Part shown: in pieces, positions 24,275 to 34,176 of the stretch | Layout: each line of letters starts with the position of its first letter | Position numbering within the stretch: position 1 is the stretch's first letter | Virus record (IMG/VR): IMGVR_UViG_3300045988_081733 | Coordinates: 1 to 36,454 of that record | From: a virus | Strand: one strand, 5' to 3' | DNA: 36,454 nt | Notes under the pieces: generated by a model | The model's input: only the letters and a program-made list of their open reading frames with translations | Told to the model about the DNA's origin: nothing | Databases searched by the model: none | Program-made: the position numbers and the translations under genes

Positions 24275-24567
24275 CAATGGCAAAATTTGAACTGAACATT
24301 TACGGAGAAAATGACGCGATTCTGAAGACATACAGCACAGATGTTATCAGATGGAAACTGTTCATGGAAGCCGTTGCACTTCAGGAAAAAATCAAGAATG
24401 AAGATGTTTCCGTTCAGATTGAATCTGTCAGCGCGTTTATAAAAGCCGTGTTTGTCGGACTGACAGACGCTGAACTTGAAAACGCTGACGCTTTCGATAT
24501 CATGAACACATTCCGTCAGATCGTTGTCAAGGCGAACGCGATCAACCCGAACGGAAAAAACGCATAA
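24271..24567 (+). CDS. Tail assembly chaperone (gpG-like)
   Basis: Position between the major tail protein and the tape measure. Ends at a slippery site. Confidence 0.7.
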   Translation: MTMAKFELNIYGENDAILKTYSTDVIRWKLFMEAVALQEKIKNEDVSVQIESVSAFIKAVFVGLTDAELENADAFDIMNTFRQIVVKANAINPNGKNA

Positions 24568-24818
24568 AGGGCGGGGAAAAATCATCTTCGCCCACAAACC
24601 TATATTTTGAGTTATTCGACATAACGCAGACGCTGTGCGATGTCTACAAGACAACGCCTTTTGAAATTTTCCGTCAGGACACTGACGAAGTGATTGAAGT
24701 TATAAACTTTATCATTGAAAAGGGACAGAAAAAACAATCTGAAACAGTGAAAACGAAAAAAGGCACAGTCGAGCGAATCAGGGTCAATGACGCAACCGCA
24801 ACGGGCGGTTGGTGGTAA
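24271..24818 (+). CDS. Tail assembly chaperone frameshift product (gpGT-like) produced by a -1 shift at A AAA AAC (24555..24561)
   Basis: The canonical X XXY YYZ heptamer sits 4 nt before the G stop codon. I translated the -1 frame by hand and it stays open to the TAA at 24816..24818 (..ERIRVNDATATGGWW), just before the tape measure start. Confidence 0.65.
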
Positions 24819-24832
24819 GGTGGTGAAACATC

Positions 24833-27310
24833 ATGGCAAACACTGAAACTTTGGGCGCGTCCTTTGCAATCGATACAACAAACCTGAAAGCAGGACTTGC
24901 GCAAGCAAATCGATTGATACGGGAAAGCAACAGCGAATTCAAAGCGGCGGCGGCGGGCATGGACGATTGGAGCGAAAGCGAAGAAGGACTGACCGCAAGA
25001 CTGAAAAACTTGAATACCGTTGCAGACTTGCAAAGCAAAAAGGTTGACGCGCTTCAAAGCGAATATGACCGTCTTATCTCTGAAGGACTTGACCCGACAA
25101 GCGCGGCGGCGATCAAACTGCGCACGGATATCAACAAAGAAAAAGAAGCCCTTGCAAAAACACAGAAAGAAATCAAGGATTCTTCGGAAGCCCTTGAAAA
25201 TCTTGCTGACGCAAGCGATGAAGCGGCAGACGGTCAAGATGAAGTCGCAGACAGCGCGAAAAAGGCTGGCAAGGGCTTGTCTGCGCTGAAGAAGGCGGGC
25301 GGCGTTGCTGTCGGTGCAATTGCGGCTGTCGGAGCGGCGGCGGCAGGACTTGTCACAGCATTTCTTTCAACGGCTGAAAGCACACGCGAAGTGCGCGAGA
25401 ACATGACGCGACTTGAAACATCGTTTGAAAGCGCGGGATTTTCCGCAGAAAAAGCGACAGAAACGTATAATGATTTATACGGTATTCTTGGCGATACGGG
25501 CAGAGCGACAGAAGCCGCACAGCAGTTGACGAAGCTATCAAAAACCGAAGACGATCTGAAAGCAAACACCCGCATTTTAACGGGCGTACTTGCTGAATAC
25601 GGTGATTCAATCCCGACCGAAGGACTTGCGGAAGGCATGGCGGCAACGGCGGCGATGGGAAACGTTCAAGGCGTACTTGCTGACGCGCTTGAATGGCAAG
25701 GCGTGAATCTTGACAAGTACAACGAAAAACTTGAAAAGATGAAAACCGAAGAACAACGCGCCGCATACATACAGCAAACGTTGATTGACTTGTACGGCGA
25801 ATCTGCTGACGCTTTCGCGGAAAACAACAAAGCTATCATTGAAGCGCGTGAAGCTGAAGCGGCACTTTCACAAGCAACCGCCGAACTCGGTGCAATCGCT
25901 GAACCGATCATGACAAGGCTGAAGCAGATTGCGACAGACTTGCTGATAACGATTCAGCCGTTTGTCAAACTTATCGGCGAAGGCTTAACGGGTGCTTTAG
26001 ATGGAGCGGCTGACGCGGGTCAGAAACTTGCTGACGGAATCAGCGGCGTTCTGAATACGGTTATCGGAAAAGTGACAGAAGCCCTGCCGATGGTGCTTTC
26101 AGTTATCACGGGTATTATTCCGTCTGTGCTGAAAGCCCTGACAGACGCTGTTCCCGAAATCCTGCAAGCAATCATTGACATTGTGCCGCAGATAACAGAC
26201 GCGCTGTTGAATGCAATCCCGCTGTTGCTTGACTGTCTTGCTGAAATCGTTGCGCAGTTGCTTATTTCGCTTGGAACTCTTCTGCCGCAGATTCTTCAGC
26301 AGATAATCGCGATTCTGCCGAAAGTCATCGAATCGCTGATAAATGCAATTCCGCTGTTGCTTGACGCGGCGACACAGTTTTTAATGGCAATCGTTGAAGC
26401 AATTCCGACAATCATCACGCAGTTGCTTCACGAACTGCCGAAGATAATCAATACCATTATCAACGGCGTTGTGAAAGCTGTGCCGCAGTTACTGCAAGCG
26501 GCGATCACATTGCTGATGGCAATCATTCAGGCAATCCCGACAATCATTCAAGCACTAATTGAAAATCTTCCGACAATCATCAACACGATTATTGATGGCG
26601 TTCTGAATGCCCTGCCGTTACTGCTTGAAGCGGCGATTCAGTTTTTCATGGCGATCATTGACGCAATCCCGACAATCATTGACGCGCTTGTGACAAATCT
26701 GCCGAAGATAATCACGACAATCGTGAAAGTGCTTGTGAACAATCTGCCGAAGATTATTCAAGCGGCTGTTCAGCTTTTCATGGGGCTGATAAAGGCAATT
26801 CCGCAGATTTGCAAAGAATTAATCAAGAATATGCCGCAGATCATTTCTTCAATCGTTTCGGGATTGAAGAAAGGATTCAAAGACATTGTCAATGTCGGAA
26901 AAGATTTAATTCGCGGGCTGTGGGACGGTATAAACGACATGGTCGGATGGATTGGCAAGAAAGTCAAAGGCTTCGGCGAGAACGTTCTCGGCGGGCTGAA
27001 AGACTTCTTCGGCATAAAATCGCCGTCAAAAGTCATGGCGAACGTTGTCGGAAAAAATCTTGCATTAGGTATCGGCGAAGGATTTGAAGACAATATCAAG
27101 GGCGTAAACGCCGACATTGAAGCGTCAATGAATCCGATCACGAAAACGAACGCAAGCACAGCGATTGCGGGCGCAGAGAGCGTCAGCGGCGGCGGCAGTG
27201 TCGTTGTATATCAAACTAATAACTACGCACAAGCGCACAGCCGTTTTGAACTGTATAAGAGCAAGCAAGAAACGGTTGCGGCGGTTCGCTTGGCTATGGG
27301 GACGGTGTAA
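24833..27310 (+). CDS. Tape measure protein
   Basis: 825 aa, alpha-helical and repetitive. Positioned after the G/GT chaperones. RBS AAGGTGGTG. Confidence 0.85.
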   Translation: MANTETLGASFAIDTTNLKAGLAQANRLIRESNSEFKAAAAGMDDWSESEEGLTARLKNLNTVADLQSKKVDALQSEYDRLISEGLDPTSAAAIKLRTDINKEKEALAKTQKEIKDSSEALENLADASDEAADGQDEVADSAKKAGKGLSALKKAGGVAVGAIAAVGAAAAGLVTAFLSTAESTREVRENMTRLETSFESAGFSAEKATETYNDLYGILGDTGRATEAAQQLTKLSKTEDDLKANTRILTGVLAEYGDSIPTEGLAEGMAATAAMGNVQGVLADALEWQGVNLDKYNEKLEKMKTEEQRAAYIQQTLIDLYGESADAFAENNKAIIEAREAEAALSQATAELGAIAEPIMTRLKQIATDLLITIQPFVKLIGEGLTGALDGAADAGQKLADGISGVLNTVIGKVTEALPMVLSVITGIIPSVLKALTDAVPEILQAIIDIVPQITDALLNAIPLLLDCLAEIVAQLLISLGTLLPQILQQIIAILPKVIESLINAIPLLLDAATQFLMAIVEAIPTIITQLLHELPKIINTIINGVVKAVPQLLQAAITLLMAIIQAIPTIIQALIENLPTIINTIIDGVLNALPLLLEAAIQFFMAIIDAIPTIIDALVTNLPKIITTIVKVLVNNLPKIIQAAVQLFMGLIKAIPQICKELIKNMPQIISSIVSGLKKGFKDIVNVGKDLIRGLWDGINDMVGWIGKKVKGFGENVLGGLKDFFGIKSPSKVMANVVGKNLALGIGEGFEDNIKGVNADIEASMNPITKTNASTAIAGAESVSGGGSVVVYQTNNYAQAHSRFELYKSKQETVAAVRLAMGTV
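26210..26870 (+). repeat. Five tandem 132-nt (44-aa) degenerate repeats within the tape measure gene (N-A-I/L-P-L-L-L...A-I-P-T-I-I...L-P-K-I-I), built from 11-residue sub-repeats
   Basis: Unit starts are seen at about 26210, 26342, 26474, 26606 and 26738. Confidence 0.75.
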
Positions 27311-28186
27311 ATGCTTAAACTTGATTTTATATCGGCAAGGGGCGATGTCCTGCCCCTTGTCGGCAACGATAAATTTGACTTAATCAACATTGACGGTCAG
27401 ACGCAGTCAACAGCTTCGTTGTCAAGTCTTGTGATAGGCGGCGTTGACGGCGATCAGGTCAATAATGCACAGGCACAGCCCCGCACGATAATCTTTGATT
27501 TGCGTATCAAAAGCGGGGTAAATGTCGAAGAAGCAAAGCGGCATATCTTGCAGTATATCAAGATCAAGCAGAAATCTTCGCTGAAGTGGACGCAGAATGA
27601 CAGAACGGTCATTCTTTCGGGCTATGTCGAAAATATCACAATGCCCCGATGGAGCAAAGCTGTCACAATGCAAGTACAGCTTCACTGCGATCATCCGTTT
27701 TGGGAAGATATCGACTTTGTCGTTCAGACTATCAGTGAAGCAATAAATCATCATTACTTCACAACAAATCTGAATGATATGCTGTACTTTCCCGAAACGG
27801 GAATTGTTATCGGAGAGTATGACACGATCAGAACGAAGCGTTTTTTCAATGATGGCGATGTCGCTGTCGGTCTTGATATCGTAATCAATGCAATTGCAAC
27901 GGTCACAAATCCGATTATCTATGACGAAAGCGGCAATTTCTTCGGTGTAGGTTACGGAGAAGCAGAACATCAGCTTGTCATGGAAGTCGGGGACATTGTT
28001 TCGATATCAACGCACAAGGGAAACAAGGTCGTGACGCTGAACGGGGTGAATATCTTTGACAAGATAAAGCCAAATTCAACATGGCTTCAGCTTCAGAGCG
28101 GCGAAAACCTTTTTTCAATCAACAGTGACGATGACAGCACAACGAATATGTATTTCAATTTGAGTTATAAACAGAGGTATGTATAA
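27311..28186 (+). CDS. Distal tail protein (Dit, Sipho_tail family)
   Basis: Position directly after the tape measure. N-terminus MLKLDFISARGDVLPL...DGQ, typical of Dit. Confidence 0.7.
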   Translation: MLKLDFISARGDVLPLVGNDKFDLINIDGQTQSTASLSSLVIGGVDGDQVNNAQAQPRTIIFDLRIKSGVNVEEAKRHILQYIKIKQKSSLKWTQNDRTVILSGYVENITMPRWSKAVTMQVQLHCDHPFWEDIDFVVQTISEAINHHYFTTNLNDMLYFPETGIVIGEYDTIRTKRFFNDGDVAVGLDIVINAIATVTNPIIYDESGNFFGVGYGEAEHQLVMEVGDIVSISTHKGNKVVTLNGVNIFDKIKPNSTWLQLQSGENLFSINSDDDSTTNMYFNLSYKQRYV

Positions 28187-30051
28187 TGGCTATAAAAAAA
28201 TTATACGGTATCGATGTTTCGTATTATCAAGGGGTCATAAATTGGAAAGCTGTCAAGGCGGCGGGCGTTGAATGGGTTATTCTTCGCGCGGGCTTTGGAA
28301 ACAGTGACGTTGACACGCAGTTTGTCAATAATATCACGGGTGCAATTGCGGCGGGCTTCGATAAAATCGGCGTGTATTGGTTTTCATATGCACATGATTC
28401 AGCTTCAGCAAATACCGAAGCGAAAAAATGTCTTGAAACAATCGCGCCGTATCGGGCAAATATAACGCTTCCCGTATTTCACGATTGGGAAAGCGCAAGT
28501 TATAACTATGTCGTGAAAACGCATGGATTCAGCCCGACACCTGCACAAATACGCGAGATTGCGCAAACATGGTGTGACGCGGTCAGGGCGGCAGGATATC
28601 AGACGGGAATCTATTCAAACAAATCAAGCGCGTCAGGGTGGTACAAACTGCCGAACGGCTTGTATTTGTGGGAAGATATCGGCTGTGAATTTTGGTATGC
28701 GCGATATGGCGCAAACAACGAAACACAGCTTTTTATCACCCCTGCTTTTGAAGAAACCGCACTTTCGGAACATCCCGAAACGAATATTTTTCAATATTCC
28801 GATGTCGGCGTTATCAGCGGCATAAATTCAAAGCGGGTCGATCTGAATATCAGATATGTTGAAACATCAGACCCCGAACCCGAACCGCCGACACCAACGC
28901 CGCCCGATTACAAAAAAGATGTTCAGTCAAACGGCATTGAATACGTTGAAATTCGCGATCAGAATTTCAGCGTTCAAGGAATCGTTGACACGGCGATTTC
29001 GGTTATATGGCATTCTGTTTATTACGGGGTGGGGGACTTTGAAATATATGTTTCCGCTTCGCAATCAATGCTGAATCTGTTATCGATCGGAAACTATGTC
29101 ACCCGACCGAATGATATCGAAGTCGGAATCATTGAAAAAATCGAAGTCACAGACAATCCGCAAGACGGGAAAATGATTGTTGCAAGCGGACGTTTTGCGA
29201 AATCAATTCTTGATAGGCGGCAAATTTACAAGCTGTCGGGAAATTCAAACACGGCAACGATTCTGCGCGGCAACGTTGAAACAAACATTCGTCAGATCGT
29301 TTCTGACAATGCGATTTCTTGCGCTTTCGACAGCAACAGAAACATTCCCGTTCTTGAACTCGGCGCGGCTTCGGGAATCGCGAAAATCATTCGGGACGAA
29401 AACGGAAACGCGGCACAGAAGCAAGTTTCGTATCAAAATTTGCTTGAATACACAGACAGCGTCTTGCAGGAATACGGAATGTCAAGTCTGCTTGTGCTGA
29501 ACGAAAGCAAATTACAGTATATCGTGTATGAAGGTTCAGACAGAAGCGCAAACAACGCTGTCGGAAACATTCCGATCATCTTCAGCAAAGAGTTTGACAA
29601 CCTGACCGAAAGCGCGTATTCATACGACACGCAGGGCGCGAAGAACGCGGCGTTAATCGGTGGAGAGGGCGAAGGGCTTGACCGCTTTTATACCGTACTT
29701 GTGGGCGCAGAAACGGGGCTTCAGCGGCGCGAAATGTGGGTTGATGGTTCATCTATCAATCGCAAGTACAAAGACGGCAATGAAGAAAAGCAATACACTG
29801 ACAGCGTGTATTCTGAAATGCTGATAACGCAGGGCAAGCAAGAAATGTCCGACAAAGTCATTGTTGAAAGTTTCGGCGGCACTTTCGATGTAATGAACGG
29901 GAATTATGTTTATAACCGCGATTTCTTTCTTGGCGATATCGTAACGGCACAAGATAACGACATCGGAAAATATATCGATGTTCGCATTCTTGAGGTTACG
30001 GAAGTACAAGACAAAGACGGCTATCAAATCGCCGTAAAATTTGACGCATGA
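28186..30051 (+). CDS. Tail-associated lysin: N-terminal GH25 muramidase fused to a Siphovirus Gp37-like tail domain
   Basis: YGIDVSYYQGVINWKAVKAAGVEWVILRAG...VYWFSYA is the GH25 signature. A PEPEPPTPTPP linker follows. The C-terminal 380 aa (GVGDFEIYV...GIIEKIEVTD...ASGRFAKSILDRR) resemble Sipho_Gp37. Confidence 0.7.
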   Translation: MAIKKLYGIDVSYYQGVINWKAVKAAGVEWVILRAGFGNSDVDTQFVNNITGAIAAGFDKIGVYWFSYAHDSASANTEAKKCLETIAPYRANITLPVFHDWESASYNYVVKTHGFSPTPAQIREIAQTWCDAVRAAGYQTGIYSNKSSASGWYKLPNGLYLWEDIGCEFWYARYGANNETQLFITPAFEETALSEHPETNIFQYSDVGVISGINSKRVDLNIRYVETSDPEPEPPTPTPPDYKKDVQSNGIEYVEIRDQNFSVQGIVDTAISVIWHSVYYGVGDFEIYVSASQSMLNLLSIGNYVTRPNDIEVGIIEKIEVTDNPQDGKMIVASGRFAKSILDRRQIYKLSGNSNTATILRGNVETNIRQIVSDNAISCAFDSNRNIPVLELGAASGIAKIIRDENGNAAQKQVSYQNLLEYTDSVLQEYGMSSLLVLNESKLQYIVYEGSDRSANNAVGNIPIIFSKEFDNLTESAYSYDTQGAKNAALIGGEGEGLDRFYTVLVGAETGLQRREMWVDGSSINRKYKDGNEEKQYTDSVYSEMLITQGKQEMSDKVIVESFGGTFDVMNGNYVYNRDFFLGDIVTAQDNDIGKYIDVRILEVTEVQDKDGYQIAVKFDA

Positions 30052-30359
30052 AAGGCGAAAAAGAGATGATAACAACCGACATTCTTTTAACGATTCTGAC
30101 ACTTGTCACGGGGGTTCTTGCGATTCTGACTTTTTTCAACGGGCGAAAAAAAGAAAATCGGCAGGACGGCGAAAAAGTGGGAAATCTTCGCGCGGATTTG
30201 CAGTATATCAAAGAAGTTTTGATTGATGTGAGAACCGAAACGAAAGAAATCAACAAACTGCTTGACGATCATTCGCAGAGACTTGCGCACTGCGAAGAAA
30301 AGCTGAAATCGGCATTTACGCGAATCGAACGAATCGAAAAACACATTGACGAAAGGTAA
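30048..30359 (+). CDS. Membrane-anchored coiled-coil protein (N-terminal TM helix)
   Basis: ITTDILLTILTLVTGVLAILTFF followed by a heptad-like region. The start is either 30048 or 30066. Confidence 0.55.
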   Translation: MKGEKEMITTDILLTILTLVTGVLAILTFFNGRKKENRQDGEKVGNLRADLQYIKEVLIDVRTETKEINKLLDDHSQRLAHCEEKLKSAFTRIERIEKHIDER

Positions 30360-30368
30360 GGGGAAACA

Positions 30369-32129
30369 ATGGCACAGAAAAGCGGATTTTTTAACGCGCT
30401 GAACGTCAACGGCGTATATGATAGGACGTACAACGCAAATGATTATACAGACAATCTTGCTGTAATAATCAGCAACGGCGTTCTGCGGTCTGACGCTGAC
30501 GATCTGAAGGTAACAGCAAGCGGAATGATTCCGTCTGTCGCGGTCGGTCGCGCATGGATAAAGGGTCATTATTATTACAATGACGCGATTTATTCTTTCC
30601 CCGCAGTTTCAGCCCCTGCGGGCGGCACAAGATACGACAGAATTGTTCTGCGCTTCAACAACAACGTTGATTCAAGAAGTATTTCGCTTGTATATCTTCA
30701 GGGAACAGCGGCGGCAACGCCGCAGAAGCCCGCAATCACACGCACAGCGAACGTTTTCGATTTAGTGCTTGCAGATATCTATATCGGAACAAATGCAACA
30801 AGTCTTGTTATCACGGACACCCGCGCTGACAAGAACGTTTGCGGATGGGTTTATTCGACATCGGGTGACGGGTCGTTTTTCACGACACTTGACAACGATT
30901 TCAACACATGGTTCGCGCAGACGAAAGACACGCTTGCTTCGGTCACGATATATAAACACTATGTGTGGAAAAAGACGCTGACGGCGGCAACAACAACGGT
31001 GCAATTCAACATCCCGCAGTATGACGGAACGGGCGTGACATATGTCGAAGTATATGTCAATGGCATTCTTCGCGCAACGCCTGAACATTATTCACTGTCG
31101 GGAAATGTCATTACCTTCACAAACACGATTGTCGCGGGTTCTGCTGTGACGGTTTATGTTTACAAGTCGATTGACGGAACGGGCATTGACAGTGTCGCGG
31201 ATGAAATCACGGAACTTCAGAACACCGTTGCAACAATCAAAAGCGCGGCGGCATTCAATTACAATTGCACGAATTCAAATGATAACATTTCGCTTTCGCA
31301 GATTGCACAAGCACTGTACAGCGGTTCATATACTGTCGCAGATGTTTCGGACGCGGCGGCGGCGTTTCTTGAATCAATCGGCGGCAATACTTATCTTGCC
31401 GCGCTTCCTACTGACTGCAATATCACGATAAATGTCATCGGCAAACTTGGCGTGTCAACGCCGTTCGCGGGTGACGGAACTACACTGAACCGTTACAAAT
31501 GGTTTTCGCTTGGCGTTGAAGCAAGTGGAACGAAAAAGATTGTCTTTGATTTTGCAAAGTGCGAACGTATGCTGATATGGGCAACGGGAAACACCGACAA
31601 TATTGTTTTTTACGGAACAGATTTGCAGATCAGAAACGCGAATGTGTGGGCGCGGTGCAATGCTTCAGGCTGTGCCATTCAGATGATTGCAGGACGTTAC
31701 AGCTATGGTTCGATTGACGTTTCTGATTGCAAACTTCGCATAAACACAACGGGCGTTGCAAAGATTGCTGAAAACGGCAATTTCACAAATTGTTATTGCT
31801 ATGTATCATCTTCAGATGTTCACGCGCTGTGTTTCGTTCCGACAACCGACAGTCTTGTTCGGCTGATTGGCGGTACTTATTACGCATACACGGCAAGCGC
31901 GAACGAAGGCAACATTTCCGCGATCTGCTACACATACAGCACAGCGACAAACGGCGTTATCATGGCATATAACATCAATTGCCCGACAGCGGCGGTCACA
32001 GCATTTTATCAAAAATTTCTGTCTGTCGCGTATGGCGGGAAAACGTATATCAACGGCGTTGTTTCAACGCTGAATTCAAGCGGCAATTATAACGAAATTG
32101 TCGGTCAAGTGAAAATCAATAAGCGATAA
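30369..32129 (+). CDS. Tail fibre / receptor-binding protein
   Basis: RBS AAGGGGAAA. The N-terminus MAQKSGFFNALNVNGVYDRTYNANDY...RAWIKGHYY... is typical of Firmicutes prophage fibre proteins. It is the last structural gene. Confidence 0.65.
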   Translation: MAQKSGFFNALNVNGVYDRTYNANDYTDNLAVIISNGVLRSDADDLKVTASGMIPSVAVGRAWIKGHYYYNDAIYSFPAVSAPAGGTRYDRIVLRFNNNVDSRSISLVYLQGTAAATPQKPAITRTANVFDLVLADIYIGTNATSLVITDTRADKNVCGWVYSTSGDGSFFTTLDNDFNTWFAQTKDTLASVTIYKHYVWKKTLTAATTTVQFNIPQYDGTGVTYVEVYVNGILRATPEHYSLSGNVITFTNTIVAGSAVTVYVYKSIDGTGIDSVADEITELQNTVATIKSAAAFNYNCTNSNDNISLSQIAQALYSGSYTVADVSDAAAAFLESIGGNTYLAALPTDCNITINVIGKLGVSTPFAGDGTTLNRYKWFSLGVEASGTKKIVFDFAKCERMLIWATGNTDNIVFYGTDLQIRNANVWARCNASGCAIQMIAGRYSYGSIDVSDCKLRINTTGVAKIAENGNFTNCYCYVSSSDVHALCFVPTTDSLVRLIGGTYYAYTASANEGNISAICYTYSTATNGVIMAYNINCPTAAVTAFYQKFLSVAYGGKTYINGVVSTLNSSGNYNEIVGQVKINKR

Positions 32130-32138
32130 AGAAATCAA

Positions 32139-32178
32139 CGGCAGAGAGGGACGCGCCCGCCCTGCCGTTTTTCTTTTT
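32139..32178 (+). terminator. Rho-independent terminator of the late operon
   Basis: CGGCAG...CTGCCG GC-rich stem followed by TTTTTCTTTTT. Confidence 0.75.
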
Positions 32179-32248
32179 GTTGAGATTTTCGCGTTAATTT
32201 TGAAAGTCGCATTGATGTGACTTTTGAAAAAGTAGCGAAATTCTCAAC
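32179..32248. other. Candidate attP core: a 70-bp imperfect nested inverted repeat centred near 32213/32214
   Basis: GTTGAGATTTTCGC...AAAGTCGCAT | ATGTGACTTT...GCGAAATTCTCAAC, with about 24/34 arm positions symmetric. It lies 18 nt beyond the 3' end of the serine integrase gene. Confidence 0.4.
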
Positions 32249-32265
32249 ATTTCGCCACAAAAAAA

Positions 32266-34113
32266 TTAAACAAGCCAACAGATATCAAGTTTTATTTCGC
32301 CGCCGCCCATGCGATTATATTCAATGCTTTCAATGATTGTGCGAAGCAGTGCATTTCTTTCGCCTGAAGATAATTCGTTATAGCTTTCAAACACATTCTT
32401 CAGGATAGGAACAGATTTTTTGATTGTGATTGTTTTTTCTTCTTCGTCAGCGTTGACGATCTTGTTTTTCTTTTCGTTCAGCGCGTCAATTTCTGAAAGT
32501 AATTCTTTCTTTCGGTCAATATATTCTTCAATGCTGTCTATGCCTTTTTCATAGGCAATTTTTGCGTTTCTGATTTGTTTTTCTTTCAGCGCGATATCTT
32601 TATCAATGCTTGCCGCTGTCTTTTTCGCAGAAGCAATCTTTTTCGTGATTTCAACGGCGTAATTATCAACGAAATATGTGTAATCTTCAAAACGTTTTTT
32701 CACTTCTTCGATGACGATTTCTTCGACAGCATGAACCCGCGCTGACGTGTTTTCGCAATTGTGACCCGAACAGACAAGAGCGGGGGCGCGTGTGACTTCT
32801 TTGAATTCGGTCACAGCTTTGTCAAATCGGTCATCGGTAATGTTCAGCACTCTTTTTATATCTTCCCATTTGCTGACGAACAGCGGGGAATTCGGATGAA
32901 AACGCGCTTCATTCGTCCCGAACCAATCGTGACAATAATGCGTCTTGACATCAAGCATGACGGCAAGTTTTCTGCCCGACAGCTTCGCTTTCTTTTTATG
33001 TTCATTCAGAAACCGCAATAATTCCGCTTTGTTCAGATCGTTGACCCGTTTTTTCGCATACTTGCGATTGTCGGCATTGCGAACCATAGCACGATGACAG
33101 ACGGCACATTTGACGATTCCCGCAAGCGGATTTTGTGTTTCTTCGCCTTTGCGAACGGGTGCTTCACCGACCGACAGCCGACTTTGAACCGCGTCCCATT
33201 GTTCTTTACTGACAATTGGCGTGTGTAAACCTTTATATTTCGGACAATCTTTATTATATCGTCTTTGCGAAATCGTTTCGCCGTTCACCATTTTTTCAAC
33301 CGTTGTATATTCACCATATGTCAAATACCCGTAATATGTCGTATTTTTCAAAATGCGTTGAACCTTGCAACGTTCCCACGGGGTATCATCGATATACGGC
33401 GCATTCATTTCATTCAGCCGCGAAGCGATTTTGTAACACCCCGCGCCGTCAACATACCAATCAAACATCAGCTTGACAAATTCGGCTTTTTCGTTTGGAC
33501 GAAGTGTAAAACCCTTGCCATCAGATACCTTCATTTCCTTGCAAGTTACGCGATCATAACCATACGGGGCAACAGAACCGATATATTTTCCGATTGATGT
33601 TGACCAATGCCGACCGTTCTGAAGCAATTCTTTTGTCTGTTCAAGATATTCGTTCCCGCGCAACAATTCATCTTTGAAAAATCGTTTATCATACTTGTTT
33701 TTCAGGTTGTAAATTTTCGGCGGCGTTAAAACAAGCGTATTTGTGACTTCAAATGTATTGATGATTGTTCCGCAGTCAATCAGATCACCACGCGACAGCC
33801 GCGAACAGTTGACAACAAGAACGCCGTCAATGTCATCGTTTTCAATCATCTTCAAAACCTTTTGAAATTCGGGGCGGTTTTTGATTTTTTCACCCGAAAC
33901 GACTTCTTTGAAGATATAATCTTCGGGAATTCGATAACCGAGATTATTTTCAGCCCATTGTTGAAGCTGTTCTTCGTGTCGTGAAAGTGTTTCTTCTGTT
34001 GACGCATAACGCCCGTCAATGATGTCTTCGCGCGATTTACGCAGATATATTATTATCTTTCCGAGTTTATCAAGTTTGACAACATATTCGTTGATATCAT
34101 ATTTATTGTGCAT
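32266..34113 (-). CDS. int: Large serine recombinase (phage integrase)
   Basis: N-terminal resolvase domain (IIIYLRKSREDI, with the catalytic Ser), a recombinase domain, a zinc ribbon (CAVCHRAM) and a C-terminal coiled coil. 615 aa. Confidence 0.9.
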   Translation of the reverse strand: MHNKYDINEYVVKLDKLGKIIIYLRKSREDIIDGRYASTEETLSRHEEQLQQWAENNLGYRIPEDYIFKEVVSGEKIKNRPEFQKVLKMIENDDIDGVLVVNCSRLSRGDLIDCGTIINTFEVTNTLVLTPPKIYNLKNKYDKRFFKDELLRGNEYLEQTKELLQNGRHWSTSIGKYIGSVAPYGYDRVTCKEMKVSDGKGFTLRPNEKAEFVKLMFDWYVDGAGCYKIASRLNEMNAPYIDDTPWERCKVQRILKNTTYYGYLTYGEYTTVEKMVNGETISQRRYNKDCPKYKGLHTPIVSKEQWDAVQSRLSVGEAPVRKGEETQNPLAGIVKCAVCHRAMVRNADNRKYAKKRVNDLNKAELLRFLNEHKKKAKLSGRKLAVMLDVKTHYCHDWFGTNEARFHPNSPLFVSKWEDIKRVLNITDDRFDKAVTEFKEVTRAPALVCSGHNCENTSARVHAVEEIVIEEVKKRFEDYTYFVDNYAVEITKKIASAKKTAASIDKDIALKEKQIRNAKIAYEKGIDSIEEYIDRKKELLSEIDALNEKKNKIVNADEEEKTITIKKSVPILKNVFESYNELSSGERNALLRTIIESIEYNRMGGGEIKLDICWLV

Positions 34114-34176
34114 TTCTTTTCACACTTCTTTCAAATTTTTGTTATACCGTTGATGTAAAAAATTGAGGTCAGCCGT

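Noticed and set aside
24674-25237. Minus-strand ORFs inside structural genes, for example 24674..25237, 20584..21003, 25234..25638, 27422..27970, 30087..30569 and 7605..8144
   Set aside because: They are antisense to long, motif-supported + strand genes. They lack RBSs and have the Ser/Arg/Cys-rich composition typical of shadow frames. The genome is otherwise strictly + stranded apart from int and the repressor.
26210-26870. Regularly spaced repeats that might have suggested a CRISPR array or a DGR template/variable pair
   Set aside because: The repeats are in-frame 132-nt units of the tape measure ORF, with no unique spacers. No cas genes or reverse transcriptase are present anywhere in the window, and the two fibre-like genes share no nucleotide repeat.
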